In this document: positions 51,611 through 64,000 of the stretch, one piece after another
Position numbering within the stretch: the stretch's first letter is position 1
Layout of the letters: each line of letters opens with the position of its first letter
Assembly (NCBI GenBank): GCA_002269645.1
Contig: NIVC01003698.1
Location: 1 to 64,000 of the forward strand
Length of the DNA stretch: 64,000 nt
Direction: 5' to 3'
Origin: Macrostomum lignano
Lineage: Eukaryota
Position numbers and translations under genes: made by a program
Notes under the pieces: generated by a model
What the model saw: the letters and a program-made list of their open reading frames with translations, nothing else
The model's database searches: none
Told to the model about the DNA's origin: nothing

Positions 51611-54600
51611 CCTTCCGCCGTAAATTCTACCCTAAACAGCTCCCAAAAAATTATCAGACCCGATCTCCATCGGATGTTCCATCCAGTGGCTGCGGTCGGC
51701 GGTTTGTTGCAGATCCGACGGCCATCCCCGCAATCTAGCTTGAGCATTAGCTTCACGCTCATCGCCGAGTGTAAGTATGTACCTGTTGTATTCTAACGCT
51801 GCACTCAGTCTGCACGATGAGGGATCAACTCGGTTTTCAAGTCCAATTTGCTTTGAATCACATTCGAACATAAGCAAAAATGCAGAACGCCTCGCACCTG
51901 TGCTTTGATGTCTTGTCCACACGCCCGAGCTGCACTGCTCTCTTCATTCTATGGTAGCCATGAATGCAGTAAGCCATATCGTAGCAACTTTTCAATTTCA
52001 ACTTTGTTTAAAAACACGTTTTGTCCAGTATTTCTCAATGCTCTCTGACCGAGAGGAGCCGCAGGCGAACCCCGTGAGCTCCGGACCTCACCATTGCGAG
52101 TCGTGTCGCTGTGATTCAGCTTGCTCCCTCCCTGCAACCCCGTATTCCTAAAATGCTGCAATTGCAGCTGAACATTTTTGAATATTCGTTGGATTTGCCT
52201 CCTTATTAATGCTTCTCTGAGTTCCCATTCCTAATATTGCTTCAATGCCGTTTGTGTGTGAGAAAGGAACCTTTATCTGTTAAGGTTTACAGGTAACACT
52301 GCAATGTAAAATGTTGGGTTTTTTGACAATTCCTTGATAGAATGGAAGCTTATGGCTGCTGTTTATGGCTTGTACACAGTTCTCTGTGCCTTGGGCTAGC
52401 TCTCACGGGCCAGTTTTCTAAACCCCAAAAATTGTCCATCCATGCCAGAAGTCGGTTTTTTCCTCACGGGCCAGATAGAGAATCTAGCATATGACTGCGA
52501 GAGGGGATAGAGAATAGAGGAGAGGAGAAGAGAAGAGAGAGGAGAGGCTAGAAGAGACGAGTGTAGAGAGGAGAGAAGAGATATGGTAGTAACAAACATT
52601 GAGCGGGCCGGATTGCTATTGTGAAGTCTCAAAGGACCCCTAGAACCGGATAAAGAGGCTTCGCGGGTCGGAGTCTGCCAACCTATGTATGCGGAATCGA
52701 ACTTATAGGGACTCAAAAGTGAGAAAAGTTCAAATTTGAGATAAAAATTCCATTTAGAACTATACTTCACTCGAAGACAATGTGTTTTTTTATCGTATCC
52801 GATGTGTGCTGATTTCTTATAATTTCTTGGTCGAGCGAACATGTCGCCCGGTTACCCAGTATTTTTCGTGTTTGGGCAGCTCGCATGTCCAGAAAGGCCA
52901 GCAGCCACCAGCAAAAATGTGCACCAGCGGTTTTCTAGGGTCACTGTGTAACTATTGCAAGCTTTGCGTCAGTCGCCAGTCTCCTAATCGCACTTTCTTA
53001 GTAGAAATAGACACCAAGGCAGATTGAACGGCATACCAGCTGCATGTTCTTATTGGTTAAAAGTGTAGAAATTCCTAAAAAACAGCCAATTTGAGCTAAG
53101 TATATCCAAAATAAAAGCAATGGATCATGATCTATTTTCAGATATTGCATTAGATTGTAATTCGTGTATGCGAACTACGAGCGAGTACACCAAGAGAGAC
53201 GTTTTCCTCGTTAAAAACAATTTGTCACACCAAAGACGAATGAAGTTCATCTGTCTTTATAATATGCGCATCTGGATCAATATCAACATTAGTGCATGCT
53301 TTACTGCTTATTATATTAATTTCACGATGAAGCATACTTTATTAATGTGTAAATTAAGTAAAGCCATACAAACATGCTGTATGTAAAACACGCTGTCATT
53401 TTGTATTGTCACCCTGCACTGCAGTACGACTTAAAAATGCGCGCTTGTTATATTGATTTTGTGCTTTACACACTGCAGATCTCTCTCTATATATACTGTC
53501 CTGTCATGTTGTTGACACATTCTCTGCATTATATATATAATATAATTATATAACTATTGTCAACTTGTTGCGACATCTGCATACACCGCCATAAAATTGC
53601 CTGTTTAAAAAAAAGGAAAATACTACAACTGATGAATATGTTGCATCGATAATGCGTTCGGCGAACGCCGTTTGAACTCGTTTAATTCTTTGTTGCGATA
53701 TACACTAGTAGTGACTCATGAAACCGGCAATCCTGGAAAATTACACTTGACAGGGTTGGAGAACTACACTAATTAGTGTCATCATTACATCGGCACGCAA
53801 TCTAAAAAACTTGTGATGCGGCTGCCACCAGACCGCCACCAGACGGGACTACCGGTCTGTAACAGTCGAAGTTTCTTGACCCTAACTGTATATTAGAAAT
53901 GGACGATTAAGGAACAACTATGCGCAGGACTGTCTCGTGGTGCTCATCCTACGGGGACTTATTTAGAAGCATTGTTACTGCTATGATTGTTTAATTGAAT
54001 TCGGCTCATACTTGGTGTGATCTTCCACCCTGATCCTCAGCTTCTATTCCATGTCCTGCGACCGATGCACTCACTACTTATCACATTTCATGCCACGTCT
54101 CTTAGTATAAATAAGCAAACAGACCGAAGCAAACGAGTTGAATATATAGCTAATGCCCTGAATTACTGGCCCTCCTTACCCGCTCGGTTATAATTAAAAA
54201 GGAATTAATAAGTTAGGATTGAGAAATTAGGAGATGATGAGCCAATGGGGGGGATACCGGGCCGACTACACCACACATGGGCATATGCAGCGCAATAGAG
54301 AAAGAAATACCTAATTGCAGACGCAGCCGACGGGCAGGGCTGCTTGGCACAGTGGTCGTCGGATGGTCACGGCGCGGCTGCAGTCACGGACGATCAGTCC
54401 AGACGAGACGCGCCAGGAGGTAAAGCCAAGGGAAGTCACAGCTCAGCACGTGGTTACAGCTCTCAGCACATGGTTGCAGCTCGCACGTTACAGCTCAGCA
54501 CCCAAAATGGAGAAGGGGCTCCGAACGGTTGTTTTACAGCTCCGAAGGTCCGTAATGAAACGGAAGGGGAAGGGAGGAAAGGTTGTGAAAGGGAAGGGTA

Positions 54601-57600
54601 TAAGAAAACCTTAAACAGTGAAGGAAAGGGTAAAACCGTAGCCGCTCAGGGCTCAAAACAGTGTAGCTCTTATTTATAGCCCTGAGATCAAGCGTCACGC
54701 AATCTCGTGAGCGTGATGCGTGATATTGAAGGCCTTGACTTGTCGTTGACCTCCGTTACCAAGCAACCCTGACGACGTCACCCGTCAGCCGCTCTGTGAT
54801 TGTGTGAGAAAAAGATTTATGATGGGGGATTACGTACGTAACAAGCAGAAAAAAGCTTGGGGAGATAAAAGTCCAGAAAGGGTCATGTCACACGCATGAA
54901 TGATTTCGAACAATGAAAGCAGGTGGAGTTGGTGCGCGGGGGAGTGGGGTGGGCGATAAGCCATGATCGAGTTATATCGATGACTCTCATCTCATGGGTC
55001 TTCACGGGGGGGGGCAGGAATCACAATGAAAGAAGGGAGGGCGCGCAAAATTAGTCGGGGACCAGGAGTGCCTACATCAGTGTGATTAACAGACAAAACT
55101 ATATTTTTCCTTATTGATTTGCATGTTATGTAACATGTGTAACATACTAATTTGAATAAAAAGGAATTAAAGTGACTATTCTTTGGTGAAAATGGTTTGC
55201 AGTGCCAGAATTTTGCTGTCTGTTGTGAAGGACACTTTGAACAATTTTGGATGTTCAGAAAGAAAGCCATTCAAAGAAAACATTCAAATATGCTCAACGC
55301 TCGTACCAAAAATGTCCTAAAATTTGAATGAACTGGACTAAGGCGAGGCAAACACCTTTTTCCGTACTCACTGAATAGTTTTATACGCTTGAAAACTAAA
55401 AAATCTAATTTGACTGCATCAAATGCTTTTTAAGTTAGGAAAGTAAAGGAAATATGATTTTTGTTTATTTTTACTGTTTCAATCCTGTTTCTTAGAAGAA
55501 CAGGTGGAGTCTGCGATAATCATCAATAGATAGATGTTTATGTGTCTTTACTCTTTAACCCAGGGATAAATATGTAATGTGTAAAATTTACTCAATGTAT
55601 ATTTAATACGTTTTCCTGCATGTTTTGTGCTTCGCTAGGCCTATAGATAGACTATATAACGGGTATTATTAGGTCTATCATATCACCCACACCAGTTACC
55701 AGTAGATTACTAGATTACTCACTGTAGTGTATATTCAATTATTCATCCTTATGTCATGTCATCGACATTTTCATGCTAAGCTTGTGACTAGAGGCATATG
55801 CCTAAGTGGAATCTAACTAGGCGCTATATGTGTATATTATTATTTAGACCTTAGGCCTACTATTACTAGACTTTTAGATAAATAAGTTTTGCTAGGTGAT
55901 AGCCTATAGGCCTAGGTTAGATTGGCAATTGCCATGCCTGCACAAGTTTTGTGCAGCTGTAAGCTGTGCAAATTTTCAAATTTTGTGAAATGCACAAAAA
56001 ATGAAGAAATCCCTTTTTCTATGCAAATGAGATAGTCAATTGATTTTCTCATTTTCTCATGTTAAAATCTCAATCTCATGTAGGCCTAAAATCATTTTAA
56101 TAACAAATTTAACATTGATGCATCGATGCATGTAACATGGGGTAGGCTCTTTAGTGAAAATAGAAACTTTCATCTTCATGGAAACCTGGATAAAATTCTT
56201 ACCAATCACTTGACACTTATTTTAAGTATAATAAATATCATAATATTATTTGATTAGACAGGGCCTAAATGTTCTAGATTTTTGTTGGCCCTAAAATGGT
56301 AGCTGCAGATAAAAATTGGACCTTTGGACCTTGCAGATTAGGTAGGCCCTATTGCCTATTATACATATATAAATATAGATGACACTTGAGTACATTTTTA
56401 TAAAAAAGCAAATATCTTTGTGTAGCCTAGATCTAAATAAAATAAAATTAATAATCAATTAATAAAGTGAAAGTATTAGTTGCACTATTGCATACCTAAA
56501 GGACTTATCAAAATGCAAAGCATATAATTTTGTAAAAAAAGCTTTTTTATTGCATAACATAAAATAAAATGAATAAAAAGGCAGCCTTGGCTGCATAAAT
56601 GTTATTCTACTTTTCAAATATTTATTCTAGCTTGAGTGGAAATGTGACAATATTGTTGTGGTGGCCTCGAGAGTGAATGAAGACAAATAAATATGGTAGA
56701 AGCAGAATTGTAGCAGTAGCACTTGACAGTAAATTGGTTCAGCGTTATTACTAATGTTGGCTGCAGATTTGGTTTATTGTTACATCTTGTACTTTGATTA
56801 ACAATGCGCTAGTGGCTATGCAACAATAGAATAATTAGCTTAAGCAGTAAAAGTGGCGTGGATAGAACTGTGGCAGAGAAAAGGCAAATGACTAAACAAA
56901 GGCAGTCAGAGCCTACAAGCTACACAGGCTCGCAAGGGTGCAAGAGGCTAACATAGTTAAACAGACTACAGACCCCAGACAGGGTGGTGGCAGAGTTGAA
57001 GTCTAAACAGTAGGGCAGACAGGAGTGCCCAGAGTGAGAGGTGGGGCTAAAGGTGGAGTGAGAGACAAAGGGAGAAAAGGCCCCGAGTGCACGGCCAGAC
57101 AGAACTGATAAGGACCGGGCTGGGGGGTGGCGCGCGAAAGAAATTAGTATAATTAATGTGGCATATTTCTATTGGCTGAATGGCTGACTGAGAAAAACAA
57201 GAACAGAAATTATTGATCGCGCACTGTACGCAGGGTTTACAATTGTACGCAGTTGAATAAAATTCTTAGGGCACTACTTATAGTAAACATGAGAATATAG
57301 AACTAGTAATATTTAAAGATTGGTACTGTATGTCAAAATGGCCCTTGGTGGGGCTACTGAAACTGGAAATGTCACAGGAAATACTAGAAATAGGCCCCAC
57401 TCTAGGCTTAGGAATATAAGCCTAGGCTTAAAATGTAACTTCTAGCCAACCTAGCCAATCTGGCCACTATAAATTGTGGTAGACTAGGGATAAATTACAA
57501 GTGCCCATCTAAAAGAATATAAACAGTAATAATTAGATGATGAGACATTTAGTCTAAATAAGACATTCATAATTGCTTATGCAGTTTATCTAAAATTGCT

Positions 57601-58789
57601 TTAATTTTTGCTTTAGGGTTTCTTTCATATGTAAGTCACATTTTTGGTCAAAAAGTAAGTTGCATAGCCAGTGTAAATCATTAAATCAAGTAATTGCACA
57701 TGTATACTTAGGAAGTTATGGCCTATATATATCCCTATGTATAAATATAAACAAAATGAATAAAAACATGTTACAGCTTTAGGCCCAAAATAAGTAAGAA
57801 AACTACAGGAAAACACATTAGCAATTTTTGCTATAATTATTTATTATCTAATATTTTTCCTCTTACAAAAAGCATAATTTAGCATATTAAAATGTTTTCT
57901 AACTAGGGTAATAAAACCATCTTGTTAAAAAGTAATAACAGTAAGAATTTTTGGAAGAAATAAAAAATCAAATATAATTTTAATAGGTTAGGAATTGAAA
58001 AAAGATTTTTTAAACTAAAAACAATAGTTTAAGTTTTAATGGCTTTGTATGTTATAATGACTTTTTATGCTAGAACTTTCCTTTTTTGTTTAATTTAAAG
58101 AAAATTTAAAGCCTTTCTTTTTGTATGTCATAGTTTTTTTAATAAGCCATTTCTATGAAAAAGATGACATTTTGTTATAATCCCAATGAAAGCCAGACTA
58201 TATATTTATGATGTTTTTCTCTGTAAAATGTATTTTCCTCTTTCTAGTTTGTACTTGCTTTGTATTCTATCTAATTATATTGCAAAGGTAATCATTCACA
58301 AAAAGCCTTTTTATTTGAATTTGCCTTCAACTATAGAAATTGTTTCTACATTTCTAGCTATAGATTATATATTAGTTCTACTTAAATTTCACAATTAATA
58401 AGTCTTAAAATCCCAAAAACCTAATAATTATAAAACTACTGATACTTCAAATGAAATATGAATCACAATAAATACAATATGTAACTTATTTAAATATTAT
58501 CCTGTTTAGAAAAAAAACATGGTGCTAATTTGGCAGGGTCCAAACTCAGGATGCTAGAATTAAAGTTGATTTCTCACGATATTTAGTAGGATATGAATGC
58601 CTAAAAAATTACACAAACAATTTTAAGCATAAATTGGCTATGGGAATTGGCAAGGTCTTGTCAAGAACACACAAAAATTGACTAATTAATATCAAGTAAG
58701 ACACCCTTACCTCTTGCATTGTGATTAAGATAGTTTATACCCTAATGGAACCAAAATGCTTTATTCTTATAGCATCTTGTGCAGGGCAG

Positions 58790-58825
58790 GAAATCAATTG
58801 GCAAACTTATTTGCCAATTGATTTC
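58790..58825. other. Perfect 16-bp inverted repeat with 4-nt loop
   Basis: GAAATCAATTGGCAAA-CTTA-TTTGCCAATTGATTTC. Confidence 0.9.
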
Positions 58826-58974
58826 TGTCTGGACAACTGCTGAAAGAGCAAGCATGGGATGCTCACTTCTGTACTTTCATTTTCACTTTTGCTCACTACA
58901 CAGATATTGTTATAATTCTATTTGATAGTTACTTTTGTTCCTAATTATTTAGCACCGTCTCTGTGAATTGCATG

Positions 58975-59934
58975 ATGCCGCTTCCGCCACCCCCGCCGCC
59001 TCCTCCGCCTCCGCCGCCGTCATCGTCTGGGCCTCCGGCCCCGCCTGCGGCAGGCAAGAAGGCCACAGGCAATCGCGGCGCCCTGCTAGGCGACATCCGT
59101 AGCGGCGCCCGGCTGCGCAAAGTGCCCGACAGCCAGAAGCGGGACAGAAGCGAGGCCCAACTGGGCGGCAGCAAGTCCGCCCCGCCACTCTGCAGCTCCA
59201 GCAACAACCGCCGAACGTCGGTCTCGTCAGCTTCTACTGACACTTCCAGCGGCGGCTCTGGTGGCTCCACAGGCGGCGCCGGCGTCGGGGTCCCCATAGG
59301 CGGCGGCAGCGTCGGTTCGCTGTTCCAGCAGGAGTTGGCCAACAAGTTTGCCAGCAGGGCCTCTAACGGCGCTCTGCCGGCGCAGAACGGCGCCAGACTG
59401 TCGTCCACCAAGCTGCCGCCCCCGCCGCCGCCGACGTCGCAACCAACGCAGGCGCAGAGACAGCAGGCGCCGATGCGTCCAGCTGACCGCGGCGCCGCGC
59501 CGCCTCCGCCGCCGCAGAGCAAGAAGCCCGCATTGAGTCCGGCTAAATCGCAGCAGCCATCCCGACCGCCGCCACCTCCGCCGCCGCCGTCGCAGCACTC
59601 CAGCCGACGCTCAGCGCCCGAGCCGCCAGCCGTGCCCGCCCGCAGCCGCCCGGTCAGCACCGGCGGCGGATATGCGCCGCCTCCGCCCCCGACCCCTGCG
59701 TCCTCGGCGCCATCCCGGCAGCCGCCGCCTCCGCCGCCTCCGTCTCGGCCACCAACTGGTCGCTCGGTCACGGCGCCTGCGCCGCCTAAATCGCGCTCGT
59801 CCGCCCCACCTGCGCTGGCCGACTTCGAGACCCGGTTCAAGTTCAGGCCGCCCAGCTCGCTGCCGCCGCCGAAGAAGTTCACCGGTACTGAGAAGTTCAA
59901 AGCCAGCGTGCCGCTGCCCCGGCACAGTCACTGA
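58975..59934 (+). CDS. WIPF: WASP-interacting protein / verprolin family (single coding exon)
   Basis: MPLPPPP start; WH2 motif RGALLGDIRSGARLRKV...DRS; polyproline body; C-terminal WASP-binding motif DFETRFKFRPPSSLPPP. An alternative ATG lies at 58972. Confidence 0.9.
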   Translation: MPLPPPPPPPPPPPPSSSGPPAPPAAGKKATGNRGALLGDIRSGARLRKVPDSQKRDRSEAQLGGSKSAPPLCSSSNNRRTSVSSASTDTSSGGSGGSTGGAGVGVPIGGGSVGSLFQQELANKFASRASNGALPAQNGARLSSTKLPPPPPPTSQPTQAQRQQAPMRPADRGAAPPPPPQSKKPALSPAKSQQPSRPPPPPPPPSQHSSRRSAPEPPAVPARSRPVSTGGGYAPPPPPTPASSAPSRQPPPPPPPSRPPTGRSVTAPAPPKSRSSAPPALADFETRFKFRPPSSLPPPKKFTGTEKFKASVPLPRHSH

Positions 59935-60438
59935 ATCCTCAGCTATCGTTTTTAATTCCCCGCATATTCTAGCGTCTCCCTAGTCTGTTGCTGCGCCTTC
60001 AAGCCAAAAAAGCTGGAGCGACGTCTTGGTTTTCAGCTGCAAGATTATTTTTTGAAATGCGCTATTTTTCTACGAATAACAACTAGAACAGAAAATCCAG
60101 TCTCGCACAAGTCTCCAATATGCCGGGCAGTCTGGTCTTCCTGAGTTTTTTTAATAATCACAATATTTCTGTTTCCAAATTTGTCTGGAGCGAATTGCAA
60201 GTCTGGGACCAGGTTGAGCTGACATTTTTAACACAACCTGTGCATCTCCGTTTTGCCTGGCGGGCTATCATTTTATCGTGCAATGACGCGCTTCTGTCTT
60301 ACTACCAAATCCAGCTCTGCCTTTGCTGCCGCCACTGTAAACTGGCTTCTGGTATGTCATTGCAGCTCTCTTCTCTGTCTATCTCTCTAATACCCCTCTC
60401 TCTGACTCTCCTGATGTCTCCTAGCTGACTCTGTCTCA

Positions 60439-60439
<1 letters not shown>

Positions 60440-60529
<90 letters not shown>

Positions 60530-60605
60530 CTCCTGATGTCTCCTAGCTGACTATCTGTCTCACTCTTCTCTTTGACTCTCTCTCTCTCTCTCTCTCTGTC
60601 TGTCT
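60440..60605. repeat. (CT)n microsatellite
   Basis: Direct reading. Confidence 0.97.
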
Positions 60606-61573
60606 TTCTCTCTAACTCTGTCTCCTCTTTACAGTTTTCGATATCCCACTCTTTTTTCGCTCTTCCCACCAATGAAATCAGAAAGCCTCATATTTACACC
60701 TGTTTCATATTTAATATTCGAGTGTCTCAAAAGCGTCTCCCCAGACTCAGTCGCAGGGTCAAGGCAGCTTTCTGTTTGTTGCAGTTGATCCTCATGAGCA
60801 CAGCTCAGACCATTTACTGAGGCAAATTGAATTGCGCAGATTCCATATAAAATCATATATAAAATCAATTCGCCTATATCTATGCATTGCTCTTCTGAAT
60901 AGTCAACTGCTGCATGACACAAACTCTCCCATTTACCCCGAGTGGCACCCGCCTGCACACATTCCTGCGTCCTTCATTTCAGTTATCAGATTTATTGTCT
61001 TCAGTGACCAATTGTATAATTAGCCTGGTCTGTCATTAACACGTGTGCATGGCAATTATTTATATATTAATTTTCTAAACCGCGTGCACACTGACCGCCA
61101 GCTTTGTTCTTTTTATATAGGATTTGGATTGCTAGCACAAATCTATACAATGTATGTCTTTTGAGTTGTAAAAAATTGACTGAAGAGCGAATATATCTAT
61201 TGCATATATTATAAAACTAACCTATATAATCGCTCATTTCTGTTGCCAATCTAAGCTCAACTGTCTCGTTGTTTAATAAGTCTCATTAATTATTTTGATT
61301 GCTTATTAAGCAATTGAAACAAGTCAAGATGCATAGACAGGTTACAGTGTATTATCAATGTTATCAGTATTGCAATTGTTTTCAATTGAGGCTGCACTTC
61401 AGATGTACTCTACAGTGCTACATTAACCGTCTAGCCGATGCGTACAGTATATCATGTATAGTTTATGAAATATTGCTGGATATGTCAAATTTCGAGCAGA
61501 TTAGCATGAGGAGTTCGCATCAAAGCCGTGCGAAGTTGCAGTTCACCACGAGAGTCACTCAGATGCTGGGCCG

Positions 61574-62515
61574 TCACTTGACGGGCCGGATGGCGTCCAA
61601 CACGGCGCAGATGTCGCCCTCCTTGGCCAGCAGCAGCCGGGTCAGCCAGCCTCCGTCATCGCTGAAGCCCATGGCCTGCATGTGCTCCAGCGCTCGAGCC
61701 ACTCGCGGGTCCGGCGTCTCCCCGCTGTTGTCATGGCAACCGGCGGCAACGGCCGCGGCCTCCTCCGGCCGCTCGTCAGTCGCCATCGCCTCGGCGGAGG
61801 TGGCGGCGGGCGGAGGCGGAGCGGCCTGCTGGGAGGTGGCAGCGGTGGCGGCTCCTTCAAAGGCGGCGGACGGAGGCGGCGGTGGCGGAGCGGCCTGCTG
61901 GGAGGTGGCAGCGGTGTCGGCTCCTTCGAAGTCCGCGGCGGCGGCTCCTTCGAAGTCGGCGGCGGCGGCTGCAGCGGCCTCGGCAGCCTTGGCGAAGAAG
62001 TCGCGGAACCGCGGGCCGCCCCATCGTCCCCGGCCGCAGGGACCGCGGCGGAAGCAGCGAGCTGCCGGGAGGTCGTCAGGCCGCCTGATGAGGAGCATGG
62101 GATGCTGGCTGTGGCTGCCGCCTGTCATGCAGGCCGAGCAGAGGTCAAAGTCGGGGCACAGGAGGCACTTGAACCGCTGGCCCGTCACGCCGGACTCGCA
62201 GCCATCGCACACGACGCCCTCGTGGACGACCGTCGGGTCGCCGACGCTGACGAAGACTTTGACAGCGTCGCCGGAGCCGCCGTCCCGTCTGGCGGCGAGG
62301 CTGCGGATGGCCTCCTGCAGCTCGGCATTGGTTGTCATGGTGACCCTGTCACCCTCCTCATCCTGCCAGCGGAGCCGCAGCTGCTGCGTTGGCGCGATGG
62401 AGAAGACGGCCTGCAGCTGCTCCACCAGGCTGGCGTAGGTGGCTTGGCCCGCAAGGCTGAGGCGCCGGATCTCGTTGCCATAGTAACACTTAAATGGTAC
62501 GACCGATGAGGCCAT
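61574..62515 (-). CDS. SQSTM1: Sequestosome-1/p62 (Ref(2)P)-like autophagy receptor: PB1-ZZ-UBA, intronless
   Basis: PB1 (KCYYGNEIRR...WQDEEGDRVTM), ZZ (HEGVVCDGC...RFKCLLCPDFDLCSAC...HSQH), UBA (ALEHMQAMGFSDDGGWLTRLL...GDICAVLDAI). Confidence 0.95.
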   Translation of the reverse strand: MASSVVPFKCYYGNEIRRLSLAGQATYASLVEQLQAVFSIAPTQQLRLRWQDEEGDRVTMTTNAELQEAIRSLAARRDGGSGDAVKVFVSVGDPTVVHEGVVCDGCESGVTGQRFKCLLCPDFDLCSACMTGGSHSQHPMLLIRRPDDLPAARCFRRGPCGRGRWGGPRFRDFFAKAAEAAAAAAADFEGAAAADFEGADTAATSQQAAPPPPPPSAAFEGAATAATSQQAAPPPPAATSAEAMATDERPEEAAAVAAGCHDNSGETPDPRVARALEHMQAMGFSDDGGWLTRLLLAKEGDICAVLDAIRPVK

Positions 62516-63111
62516 GTTGCAGCTGATTAGCTTGTCTGGTTTGAAGCTGGGGACTCTTGGATGCCTTCTCAAAGTCTCAGCTGAGGCTGAAGTGAGCTGA
62601 CTTGTCTGCGGCTTTTGCTGCGGCTTTTTATGCTGCTGGCCGGGCCGCCACGATTTCGCTGCGCATCGGCTACGAATTGCAGCGTCGGCGCTACGTTTTG
62701 CCCGGGCTTTCCTATTGGGGATTCCCTGATGCTATTTTTAGACATTGCGTGCGGCCTGGGTATAGGGAGACGGAAACGTAGTGTGGACGTATTGTTCTGA
62801 AGTGTACAGCTTTTAAGGGACTGTTAATTGTAGTTTTTTCGAGTTCTGTTATTGACATCTCATACGTTGTTTCGACGTATTCTTACTGTCAGTTTTACCC
62901 GGCCTTTGTTACTTCTTAGTGAGAAAGAAAGAACAGAGTTAGAGTATCTACATCTTTGGCAATATGAGTATATGTATTATTTATTTGTATTATTGAAACG
63001 GTGTAATTTTTCAGGCGTTAATTGCTCTATTTAGTCTATAATTAGGAAGCAATTGATTTTCCTAATGAGCTTAAATCTCTTACGAGCTATAGACAAAATT
63101 GTCTCTCTGCC

Positions 63112-63115
63112 TGCA

Positions 63116-63154
<39 letters not shown>

Positions 63155-63249
63155 GTGTCTGTCTGCCTGTCTGTCTGCCTGTCTGTCTGCCTGTCTGTCT
63201 GCCTGTCTCTCTGCCTGTCTCTGCCTGTCTGTCTGTCTGTCTGTCTGCC

Positions 63250-63281
<32 letters not shown>
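63112..63281. repeat. (GTCT)n microsatellite abutting a stop codon
   Basis: Direct reading. Confidence 0.97.
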
Positions 63282-64000
63282 AATCCTCGCTCAGGCTGAA
63301 CAGCAGCGCGTGGTTCGCCCTGGCCCGTCTCGCCACCACCAGCTGCCTGCTAGCGACATCAAAGAGCACAGCGCCTATGTCGGCATCGTTGCCGGCGTCC
63401 ACACAGCTCGGACAGCCGCAGGCGCAAACAAATCCACAAGGCAGCTCGGCAAGCCGCTGGCCAGTAGATAAGTCGAACACCGCCACGCATTTTTTACCGT
63501 TGGCGCCGACGCTGTTGACGAAGGCGCAGGCCTCGGCGCCGTCGCTGCAGGCCGCCACGGCGACGGCCATCGGCGGTGACACGGCGGCCGAGTCACAGGC
63601 AATCTCCCTGACGCCAATCGAGCGACCGTCGTTTCGGTCTCCGAGCAGGCGGCCCCGGTCGACGACCAGCACGCAGCCGGAGCTGCTGTCGGCCACGCAG
63701 ACGCAGCCGGCGCCGGCCGCCACCGCTCGGCCAAAGCGCAGTCGCGGATGTCGGAAAGCGATGTCGTCCGCGATTGGCGCTAATCGGCGCTTGCGCCATT
63801 TGTAGGCGCGCAGTTCGGCGCCGTTAGCAGCCAAGCCGAAAACAAAATTGTCGTCGTTGTCGACTTCAGAGCAGAGAGCGCTGGGCCGCCGGACGCTCGT
63901 CAGGCGCTGGCGGCACCGGCCGTCAGGTCGCAGATGAGCAGCCTGTCGCGGTAGAAGTCAGACAGGACGACAAGGCAGGAGGTCGAGGATGAGCTGCCCT
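63280..64000 (-). CDS. NHL-repeat/beta-propeller-like protein, 3' part; apparent 1-nt frameshift near 63925
   Basis: LVVLSDFYRDRLLICDL in one frame continues as GRCRQRLTSVRRPSALC...VCVADSSSGCVLVVD...VAVFDLSTG in another; start lies outside the window. Confidence 0.55.

Noticed and set aside
54000-54900. Possible solo LTR (TATA-like TTATTTATAG, TGTGA...TCACA ends)
   Set aside because: No matching TSD, PBS/PPT or second copy could be found in the window.

Overview
Eukaryotic (animal) genomic DNA. The GC-rich, (CCG)n-laden exons and minisatellite-filled introns resemble a macrostomid flatworm genome, but host identity is inference only. Bases 1-9039 are the right-hand part of an AT-rich integrated Polinton/Maverick (adintovirus-like) element. 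It carries an intact 1253-aa protein-primed PolB, a pX-like protein, and frameshifted pVI-like and membrane-protein genes. It also carries a frameshift-split fibre gene with a phage-type shaft motif and an L-type-lectin-like head, and ends in nested hairpins and an ACTACT terminus. The host part contains spliced genes for a divergent COUP-TF/NR2F receptor, a GPI-anchored Ly6/Quiver-like protein, MADD (DENN Rab GEF) and LDB/Chip, intronless WIP/verprolin and p62/SQSTM1 ORFs, and the 3' part of an NHL-like gene. Other elements are two tRNA-SINE copies, two RNase H-type LINE 3' fragments, a Merlin-like element holding a nested MULE-like MITE, and more than 20 tandem repeat arrays. One MADD intron consists entirely of a minisatellite that includes both splice sites. 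Exon boundaries were read by eye from GT/AG sites and frame continuity, and all homology calls are from recalled motifs, not database searches.
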